Below, in pieces: positions 23,601 to 33,619 of a DNA stretch of 64,000 nucleotides; positions within the stretch are counted from its first letter, which is position 1, and each line of letters starts with the position of its first letter. A program made the translations under genes and the position numbers. The DNA is from Paraspadella gotoi (lineage: Eukaryota; Animalia; Chaetognatha): positions 21,829,875 through 21,893,874 of the forward strand of contig CM119266.1 of the NCBI GenBank assembly GCA_051294375.1, given 5' to 3'. A model generated the notes under the pieces. It made no database searches, was not told the origin of the DNA, and saw only the letters and a program-made list of their open reading frames with translations.

Positions 23601-26600
23601 CCTTTCGGGGAAACGGCGTTCGCGCATACCTCGCCTTTTCTCGGCGCCCTCGTTCCCGGGCAGTGCGTGCAGGCGTTTGAGAACAATCTTTTTCGATCAC
23701 CCATCTACCAGCACCGACTTCCCGCCACCGACTTTCTCATTATTCGATCCCGCTCACAAATGTGGATTCGCGACGTGGAAACGGTTTTTACCATCGGCCA
23801 ACAATGTCCCCTCTTCGAAGTTCCAGGCCCCAACTCAAAGCGCACCAACAACTTTATTCGCGATTTTCTTCAAGTCTTCATTTTTCGTCAATTTTGGAAA
23901 AGCAGAGAGGATCCGCGTAAAGTCAAGATGGACACGGTGCGTAACGGATTTCCGAGTCAATCTGAATCAGCCATTCGTAAACGTCTCAAACTAAGCTCGG
24001 ACTTTAAACGAACCGGCAATGACTCCAACTGGTGGGTTCTCAAGCACGATTTCCGGCTGCCGCACGAAGAGGAAATTCGAGCCCTTGTATCGCCTGAGCA
24101 GTGCTGCGCCTATTATTCGATGCTCGCCGCCGAGCAGCGCCTCAAGGACGCTGGGTACGGGGACAAGAGCCTTTTCACCCCCATGGAGGACGAGAATGAC
24201 GAGGAAACCCAGTTGAAGCTTGACGACGAGGTCAAAGCTGCTCCTTGGCACACGACGCGCTCTTACATTAATTCCATGAAGGGCAAGTGCTTGCTGCAAC
24301 TGACGGGGCCCGCCGATCCGACCGGATGTGGCGAAGGCTTTTCTTACATGAGAATGCCAAACAAACCCATGGGCACCAAAGAGGAGGAGAAAGAACGCCG
24401 AGAATTGGCCAGAAAATCGGTGACCGGTACCGACGCGGATCTTCGTCGTCTCTCCCTTAAAAACGCCAAAAATCTCCTGAGAAAATTCAGCATTCCCGAA
24501 GACGAAATAAAAAAGCTGAGTCGGTGGGAAATCATCGATGTGGTCCGCGCTATGTCGACGGAACAGGCCAAGCAAAAGATGGCGGAGGGAGTCGGGTCAG
24601 AGGCAGTCTTCAAGTTCGCCCGAGGCAACCGATTCTCCATCGCCGAACATCAAGAGCGCTATAAAGAAGAATGTCAACGAATCTTCGATCTGCAAAACAG
24701 AATTCTAGCTTCGGAAGAAGTCCTTTCCACCGACGACGAGAGTTCCTCCGGTGACGACTCTGACTTTGAAGAGATGGGGAAGAACATCGAGAACATTTTG
24801 AGCAATAAAAAAACCTCTAGCGAGGTCCGCCTGGAAAAGGAGGAGAAAGAGCGCGAAGAGTTGAAAAAGCTCATGATGGGAACTGGAGAATTCGACAAAA
24901 AATCAAAGGGCGAACAAAAGGGAAACGATCCGCTTTACGCTGGCTCGAAACACAAATGCGTTCTGAAAATATCGCGAGTTTTCAAGGACGAACGAGGCGA
25001 GTCTTATACGCGCGAAGAAATCGTTAAGGATCCCAAGGTCGTAGAGATTTACGTGCGAATTCGGCAAAGTCGTGACGCCAACTTCATCAAGCATCATTTT
25101 TCGGGCCCCGACGACGCCGAAAAGGAGGAGCTGAAAAAGGAAAAGCGTCGCGTGCAAGAACAATTACGGCGCTTGAAAAAAACCGAGGATGGAAGCAAGA
25201 GGCCCAACGGCGCCTCCGACCCTTTCGGTCCAGGCGGGCCTTCCCCCAAGAAAAAGAAGAAAGAGGGCCCTCCGTTGAAGCTCAAATGCGGTGCCTGCGG
25301 CCAGGTTGGCCACATGAAGACTAATCGGGAGTGTCCCATGTTCAATAATCCCAACTTTACCTTGGCCGAAATGGCCGCGGGCGCGCCCCCTTTCTCTTAT
25401 TCTCTCATGCAATCGGTACCACAAACGGTCGTTTCCGTTCCGTCGGCTCCTCCGGCCTTCGAGAAAAATCAGAGCAGTACTCCCTCTCCTGCTTTGACGG
25501 AGAACAAGCCCTTAGAGGAGGGCAACTTGCTCAGGGTCGAAGGAACCAAGATTATCGTCGCTAAACCCCTCGTCGAGCAGGCGGAGGCAGAACGTCGCAA
25601 GTCTCTGCTTTTGACTATTCCCAAGGACAAACTGAAGGAGCCCGAAAAAGAAACTCCCTCCCGCGGACCGGGGAGACCCAAAAAACCAAGAAAGATCGGT
25701 TCCGTCCTTCACTGCAACTACCTCGAAAAGCGGCACCAGAAAATCGATCGGCGAAGGATCGATCCCGTCGTCACCATGTCGATCGTTTTGGAAGAAGTCC
25801 TCAACGAGATTCGCGACTTGCCCGACACGGAACAATTTCGCCATCCCGTTGACGGAAAGCTCGTGCCCGACTATTATCGCATCGTAAAATCCCCCATGGA
25901 CTTGCAAACCATGAGGGAAAAACTTCGCGCTCACAAATACGTCAGTCGAAAAGATTTTTTGGAGGATATAAACCAAATCTTCGCAAACAGCTCTCTCTAC
26001 AACGGGGCTCAGTCGGTACTGACACGGACAGCCAAATCGATGCTGGACAGATGTGTTCAAAAACTGGCGGAGAAAGAGGAGAAACTGATGAAGCTCGAAA
26101 AAGCCATCAATCCGCTCCTCGACGAGAACGACATCGTCGGATTCACTTTTATTCTGAAGAACATCGTCGAAAAACTCCGCTCCATCCCGGGCTCGTGGCC
26201 GTTTCACAAACCCGTCAACCGAAAGTTTGTCAAAAATTATTACGACGTCGTCAAAAACCCGATCTGCCTCAACGACATTGAGGAGAAGATCAAGGAGAAA
26301 AAGTATCATTCGCGCCACCAGTTTCTCGACGACATAGTCCTTCTTCATTCCAATTCCGTCCAGTTCAACGGAGCCTCCAGCGAGTGGACTCACAAGGCCC
26401 AAGAGATTCTCGACACTTGTCGTCACTTGATGGCAGAACAGGAAAAGGATCTCGGCGAGTTGGAGGCCAACATGCAGGCGTCTCGTCAGGCGGCGCTGGA
26501 CGCCGTGGAGACCGATTCCAACGTGACGGGGACGTCTTACGGAGAACGAATGGGCGGCACTGAGGACGAGGACGGCGGGAGTCGACCGCCGAGTCGAAGC

Positions 26601-27686
26601 CGAATGGCCGAAGTGGACGAGGAAGATCAGCCGACGGAAATGCCCGGCGTGAGTGTTCCTTGCCCCGACGACCCCCGCCCCGCTCCCGCAGACGAAAGAG
26701 AAACCGGTGGCGCGTCTACTACTGAAGACGACGACGAGGACGAAAATTTCGTGGAAGCAGAAACGAAAGAAAAAGAGAGAGAAGATGAAGAAGAGGAAGA
26801 GTTTGAAGAGGAAGAGGCCGAAGAGGAAATTCCAAAGAAAGAGACGAAAAAGATGGGATCGCGTCGATCGCGAGGGAAAAAAGTTCCCTCGGTTCTTTCA
26901 AACGATTTGGAAATGAGCGACAACGAAGAAGAGGAAGAGGAGGAGGAGGAGGAAGAAGAAGAAATGGAGGTCTCGGATGATGAGGACGCTAACGCCGCTT
27001 ACGGAGACTCCGAAGTAGCAAAGCCTTCGGATGCAGAGGCATCCGGTGCCAACGCCACGCCTGGCGCCATGTTCTTCGTTGACAATGACGGACAGGCCGT
27101 TTCCATGCCCGTTGTTCCTTCAGGCGCGGACGCCGTGGCAGCCGCTTTCGAAGCCACCGCCGCCGGGTTCGAGCCAGACGCCGCGGCCGCCTACGCCGCC
27201 GTCGCCGCCACCCCCATGCACCCCGGAATCGCGGCCACTCCGTTTCATCCGGGAATCATCGCCACTCCTTTTCATCCCGGAATCATCGCCACGCCCTTTC
27301 ACCCGGCCGGTGCTTACTACCCGGAGCCTAATCTCAACCCGGTGGAGGATAGTGACGATGACGTCGACGACGACTACGACCCGACGGAACTTTTTATCGA
27401 GGGCATGAACAACATGGCCGACGCGGAGACGCGTTCCTCGATGCCGCCACCTCCGCCCTTTGACGCTCCTGATGCTAATGGACCCTCATCATCACCCCCG
27501 CGGGACAACGTCGTCAACGACCTTCAAGTCTCTGATTCGGAGGATGAAGAGGAAGAGGATGATGAAGACGAAAAGCGGGAGTCCAGCCAGAATTCTGGAT
27601 CGGCCAACTCTGACGATGACCCTTTGGCCAGCGAAGACTTTTACGCTCACGCTCCCGCGGATCAAGGATTCGATTTAGGATTTTAG
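20647..27686 (+). CDS. TAF1: TFIID subunit 1 (TAF1), 2 exons (20647-21727, 21916-27686)
   Basis: TAND motif FLFGNVDAEGNL, DUF3591 core (WNISNDEFY, APWHTTRSY, GPADPTGCGEGFSY), zinc knuckle LKCGACGQVGHMKTNRECP, tandem bromodomains and an acidic tail. Confidence 0.96.
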
Positions 27687-27927
27687 GATATTTTAGATGT
27701 TTGAATTTTAAAATGCATTCTAATTTCTCTTCTCGTCTTTGTTTAATTTTATTTAATTAAATTTTGTTTTATATTTTCTGTTTACAGAAAGTTGTCGATT
27801 ACATCTGAATCAGCTTGAACTGCATTTAAATGTAATGAAATTGGCCGTCTATTGTTTGGCGTATTTTTCAAAATCTGGCAAATGTGGCTTTAATTTTACA
27901 TTTCTAACCGTTTAACTATTACTGCTA

Positions 27928-29556
27928 ATGGAGGATGATTTAAACCCTTATATGGAAGGATGGGTGATGAAAAAATACAACTCGGAAGATTGGACCCGAC
28001 AATGGTTCCATCTTGACGGCTCCTTGCTCACCATTTGGACTTCGCCCAAACAGCGTTCGGAAGATGCCGAGTCACCCCACGCGCTTCCCCTTAATTCTAA
28101 TTACTTGATCAAATGGCATCCCCCTAAGCTGTTGCAACGCAAGCTGACCGTCTCTATCGAGGGCGAAACCTCCAAGACAAAACTTGTATTTTTCGACGAA
28201 AACGGCGACGACAGCACGAGACTATGGTTTCACGTTTTGGGCGTAGTCGCATATCAAAAGATCGCCTCCATGGCCGAGATGCATATTCTGCCCAAAAACT
28301 TTATGCATAGGGTAAACGCCATTTATGCCAATGAGGTTAGAAAATCACAGAGCAACTCCCTTATTGTGCCGACGAAGTCGTCGAGGCGGTCGTCGTCGCC
28401 GTCGCCGTCGCCGTCTGCTCGTTCTTTGCCTTCGCATCGTTCTTTGCCTTCGCATCGTTCTTTGCCTTCTCCTTCGCCTTCGCATCGAAAATCCCCGTCG
28501 CCTCGCAGAACCTCGTCCTCTAGCATTTCTCCTTCCGGGCCGACGCCCACGACGCCGCATTTTCACAAATTTCGCTCCGATCCGTTAGATCGTCTCCCTC
28601 CGCCGACTTGGTTCGTTGAGGACGTAGCGAGGAAAAAAGTGGGAGAGTTACTCCGCATGGCCGATCGCTACGGTTATGGAAACTGCCTCATTCGTCCCAA
28701 GACCACCCATGCGAATGACGGCAAATACGCGCTGGATTATTTCAAAGAGGGCGGCTCAATTAGCAATTACGTCATTGGCATTCAGAATGGATTCTATTAT
28801 TTGGAAGTTATACCCCGTGAGTCTTATTGCGACTCTTTGGAAGATATCATGAACCAGTTTGTTCGACTCACTGGGGCCGTTCCTCTAAAGGAAAATGATC
28901 CGGAAAAGCTGGGTCTCAACGTGGAATCGTACCTGAGAGTAAATCCGTCTCTCAAAGTCCAGATCGAATCGATGTCGAAAATCAGCGAGCCGGAATACCT
29001 CAACGACGAACCAGATTTCCAACCGGCCTCTAGCGGTTCATCCGGGAAATCCAGTCAATCGTCGTCGAAACCCTCGAGCGGAGTTTCGTCGAATCAGTCG
29101 ATCGCCTCACCTCTTTACGCCAACGTCGACTCGATCGACGAAGACCTTTCTCTCAACGATGCCGGCTACATTTCCTTTTCTGACAATCGCGAAGATAAAA
29201 AACTCGCTTCCTCTTTAAATAAGAATATGAAAGGTCTCTCCGTCGACGTCGTTCTCGCCGTAAAAAAAAAGGACGTTCCGCGTCGCGCCCGGTCCTTCGA
29301 TCCGGCTCCGGACGTTGGAACCGGAGAAAAGTGCCGGAAATTTGCCAGACCGGTCCCTCGACCGAGGGGGTTACGTTCGATACCGTCGGATGAAGACGAT
29401 TACGTCGAAATACCCAGCGACGGGAATAATAATCCTCCGCCTTTGAAAAGTCTGGCGAATCATCACCGCTCGTTGCCACTGTCGGCGATGGCCGAGGAAA
29501 AAGAGGATTTCTATCAGAATGTGCCGAGTCGAGCGCCTTACGAACCGGGCAAATGA
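27928..29556 (+). CDS. Putative PH + SH2-like signalling adaptor
   Basis: N-terminal PH-like domain (MEGWVMKK..WTRQWFHL...RLWFHVL) and an SH2-like segment (TWFVEDVARKKVGELL..GNCLIRP). Several Tyr motifs follow (YLN, YAN, YVE, YQN). No specific ortholog recognised. Confidence 0.62.
   Translation: MEDDLNPYMEGWVMKKYNSEDWTRQWFHLDGSLLTIWTSPKQRSEDAESPHALPLNSNYLIKWHPPKLLQRKLTVSIEGETSKTKLVFFDENGDDSTRLWFHVLGVVAYQKIASMAEMHILPKNFMHRVNAIYANEVRKSQSNSLIVPTKSSRRSSSPSPSPSARSLPSHRSLPSHRSLPSPSPSHRKSPSPRRTSSSSISPSGPTPTTPHFHKFRSDPLDRLPPPTWFVEDVARKKVGELLRMADRYGYGNCLIRPKTTHANDGKYALDYFKEGGSISNYVIGIQNGFYYLEVIPRESYCDSLEDIMNQFVRLTGAVPLKENDPEKLGLNVESYLRVNPSLKVQIESMSKISEPEYLNDEPDFQPASSGSSGKSSQSSSKPSSGVSSNQSIASPLYANVDSIDEDLSLNDAGYISFSDNREDKKLASSLNKNMKGLSVDVVLAVKKKDVPRRARSFDPAPDVGTGEKCRKFARPVPRPRGLRSIPSDEDDYVEIPSDGNNNPPPLKSLANHHRSLPLSAMAEEKEDFYQNVPSRAPYEPGK
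28420..28487 (+). repeat. 18-nt coding tandem repeat (RSLPSH units)
   Basis: cgttctttgccttcgcat occurs twice perfectly, with a third degenerate unit. Confidence 0.8.
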
Positions 29557-29994
29557 AAATATATTGAAATGACAATTCGCTTTTGCTTTTTCAGGTGCTA
29601 CTTGACTGATAATTTCTTCATCTTGCCGCTTATACTAATCGATTATTCTCACTAAAGAAAATGATTATTTGTGGTGTTTCGTCCGGGTTACTCACGCTAC
29701 TAGTCATGATCATGTTTTTTGTTAATTGTACTAATAATGCCCAAATTGAAATTGTGATACTTTTGCTTCTTGACATTCCAATTTGTTCGTATTTGGTTTT
29801 TATTATTTTTTTAGTTTATCAGTTATGGTGTTATTTTTACATTTTGGTACAAAGAATTTCAAGGTTTCCCTTTTGGATCATTGTTTAAACTTTTTTTTTT
29901 TAGATGCCTTTTCCAACTCGTCTGATGTAAAACTTTAACTTCAAAAGTAAACCAAAAAGCGTTTGCCTCTCTTCTATCTCTCAAAATTCGTTCC

Positions 29995-32728
29995 ATGCGC
30001 GCGATGGAGCTATCAGAGGCGGAGCAACGCGTTTACGGCGAGCTCTTCGATCGCCTCGAAGACAAGGCATCTGGCGGCAAGCGAATTACGGGCGTTCGCG
30101 CCGGGGAACTCTTTCTGGCCTCCGGACTACCGCCGGAGAATCTCCTCCAAATCACCGAACTCTGCGGCGCCAAAAGATTGGGTCACTTCGGTCGCAGTCA
30201 ATTTTACATCGCCTTGAAACTCATCGCTGCCGCCCAGGCCGGCTTGCCCGTCTCCCTCGACACGATCGCGCCGGGTTCCGGGAACGAGATCCCGCTGCCC
30301 AAGTTCTCCAAAACCCCGGAAGTGATCCATTATCAAGGGGCAACGTCGACAGCGGCCGAGGGCGGATTTCACGCGCCTTTATCGACCACGGGCGCTCTCC
30401 CGCCGCCACCAACAAAGGGCCACATGCGTTCGTTGTCTAATCAACGAATGTCGTCGCACATGACTTCTACTGCTGCTGACGCATCCGGGACTCAGGTCGC
30501 TACAGGCGTGATTCCAACTCAACCTCATCTTGCCCAATCGTCGTTGGCCAACGCCAATCAAGGTAATTTGTTTTTCATGAAAATTCTAAAACATCTGTTA
30601 ATTACAATTCACAGTAATTAATGTTACAGGATTTCGCGTTGGTGGACCTGCTTCTTTTTCTCCGTCGAAACATGCGGTTCCGCCGATTTCCCCGTCCGCT
30701 GCGGCGAACTTCCGCCCGGCGATTATGCAGGGCCCCGTCGCTAAAGTTGCTGCTCCGCAATCTGTCGTCGGGCATGCGGTTAGTTAATTTAAAAAAAAAG
30801 CGATAAAAATTGTTGATACCCAAAAACTTATTTACTTTTTCAGGGACATCTTACTCACACAACGCCGCTGGTTTCCTCCGGAGTGCCCGTTCCCACTGCG
30901 CCTCTTTCTCCCCAAGAAGGTTCAAGCGCAGTGGGTGGGCAGCAATCGACCTCGACGGCTTCGCAAATCGTCACCGACAATAATACCAACTCCGCCAAAG
31001 GTTTTTATGATTATTTATTTTCATTTATTCTTAGATGAACTTCTAAAATCCACTTTTCCATTTTTTCCTACCCACAGGGTGGGTCCCTTTCGACGAGGAT
31101 GTTTCAATTGTCGTGGGCGTCGACGCTGCTCCTGACGCTCGCCTGGGCGCAGCCACCGGCGACGGCGAGGAACGCAGCAGCTCTTTCGATACCACTTCAC
31201 TCTCGTCTGCCAGCGACACGGAGGACGTTTGGACCATCAGTGAAGAGCAGCGCGAGTACTACACTGCCCAGTTCAAGTCCATGCAGTCGGACGTGGACGG
31301 ACTCATCCATGGCAGCGTGGCGAAAGTTTTCTTCGAAAAGTCCCGGCTTCCGATTCACGAACTCTCCAAGATTTGGCAGTTGTCGGACGTTACTCGCGAC
31401 GGAGCCCTCAACCTGGAAGAGTTTTGCACGTGTATGCACTTGGTCGTGTTGCGACGCAACGACATCGAGATTCCCGACACGTTGCCTGTCTCGTTGGTGC
31501 CTTTTGCGCCGATCCACCAGGACGACGCCCGGCTGATCGACTTCAGCATCGCGCAGCATCCGGATTTAGATCAGCAACAGCAGGCGTTTCTCCCGTCGGG
31601 AGCCGCCGGAGCCGCTCCAGCTGTCGTCCCGGCTCATCCGGGCAGTGGCGCCGGGTTACATTATCAGCCGTCGCAGGCGGCAGCGACTCAGCCCCAGCCA
31701 ACGCAGCAGCAGCAACAGCAATGGGCGCATTTTTCCGAATCGCCTACATCCAGCGTCTTGTCGAGTCCGGGATCTAAACCCCTTAATTTCGACTTTCAAA
31801 AACCCCACGTCGATGACTCCAAGATCGCGCATCCAGTCGCCCTCAAAGTCAATCATTCGAACGCGACCGCGCCCATCTCCCAGCAACAACAGCAACCGCA
31901 TCATAGTCAAGTAAAATATAAGCATTAACTCATCATATTTACACACTACACAGTGAAAATGATTCGCTTTTGTAATAAGTAATCAGTGTACATACATACT
32001 GATAGGCTCATATTTGAACTAATTTTAGATTAATTTTAGATAATTTTATATATTTTAAATTTATTCTGTTTTCGTTTTTCTCCCATTCAGCAGCATCCCA
32101 TGACGACTATGTCTCCCGAGCCTCCCCCTCCGCCTCCAAGGCCTCGTCTTCACTCACGAGAAAACTCATTGGACATCAACAAACAATTTTCGATGCCCCC
32201 GTCACAACCTCCTGTCTCTCCGAAAAATCCCCCAGCCCCAGGTAACTTTCAATTTCGACTCTTGTCCAAAATTTATGCGAAAAAAAAATGTACGGAACTA
32301 CGTGAGGATTTTTTTTTTTTCCTCTAAGATACGAATTCGTTGCCCATCGGCTTGAATGCCCTCTCTACGACGGGAAACTCCGTGGCTGGTCAGGCGCGAG
32401 AAACGGACGGAGTCATTCGATTGGACGACGGTACCGAGTTGCCGCGTCCTCAACACCTCGGCCCCATTTCCCGGGAGGGCCACGCCCAACTGCAGGTAGC
32501 TTGTTTCTTTTGAGCGTTTTGATCGCGACGAAAATATATTTTGGGTTCCCTCTTCGATTTTCCAATCAATAGGATCTGACGTCGAAAATTCGAAAGCTCA
32601 AAGATGTGAGGCAACAGTTGATCGTCACCAACAACGAAATGAATCAAGAGCTGCAAGAAGTGATGGAACAGCGGATCGGCTTGGAGATTCAGTTCGAACA
32701 CTTAATGCACAGAAATGATGTTTTGTGA
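29995..32728 (+). CDS. REPS1: RalBP1-associated Eps-homology protein (REPS1/2-like), multi-exon
   Basis: N-terminal EH-like ITELCGAKRLGHFGRSQFYIALKLIAAAQAG and a second EH domain (WTISEEQREYY..FFEKSRLPIHELSKIWQLSD). Pro-rich motifs and a C-terminal coiled coil (NQELQEVMEQRIGLEIQFEHL) end at TGA 32726-32728. Confidence 0.88.
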
Positions 32729-33619
32729 TAGTATTATTGATGCCAGTTCTTATTTTCCACGAGGAAAGAAATCATGTGCCAAAAATGTGATTAATCTTCC
32801 AAAGAATAAAGTGTCTATACTTTAAATGATTATGTGCGCTGGGAGCCGACGCCCTTCATATTTTCTGTCAAAATTTGTGAACATTTTGAGCGAATAAAAG
32901 GAGGGGGGAATAGCTTTTTAAGATTTAAGTCTTGAGGCTATTTTAAATTTTGTCACTTTGGTGATGCTTGTGACTCGTCCAAGCGTCGATGCCAGTTGAT
33001 TTCCCCGAGTCTAACTCCTTATTTTCATTCTTGTCATTTTATTTTTTTTACCTTTTATTGACTTTTTTTGTTCTTAATATTGCTCTTGTTTAAATCGAAA
33101 ATTGTGGACCTAAATTTTAATTTTAACAGAGTATTTTTTAAGTGAAAAAATCTGCGAAACCTTTCCCCTTATTAATCTTTTCCTTTTCGGCGAAAATACC
33201 TAATTTCAGGTCGACTTAACATTTGATAAAGGTCGTCTTAAATTGTTAAATTGGCCAAGTTAATTAAGGATTTTTGATTTATTCTTATGTTCTAGTTCAT
33301 TGCAGTTACCGACCCCAAATTTCTAACTCAGTCTATTCCTTTAGCGTCTGTCCGCTTCGAAACAAAATTTCAACTAGGTGGTTTTAGGAATTAGTATTTG
33401 AAAGACAAAACGCGATTTGTCTCTGCATTTTTGTCTCTGCATTTTTGTTCATTCGCGAAATTGCTTCTTTGTTTATTGAAGCCAATGTCTAAAGACATTT
33501 ATAGTCGTTTTCATTATATTTGCAGCTGAGTAAATAAAAAAAATAAATTCGTTTATGTACTAAAATAAGGTGGCGACCACATCAAGAGAGAAAAACAAAT
33601 CGCTTTTCTCATTATCACG

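Noticed and set aside
25512-26426. Long minus-strand ORFs (e.g. 304 aa here, 9881-10543, 9357-9959, 5155-5754)
   Set aside because: They are antisense shadows of well-supported + strand exons and carry no recognisable motifs.
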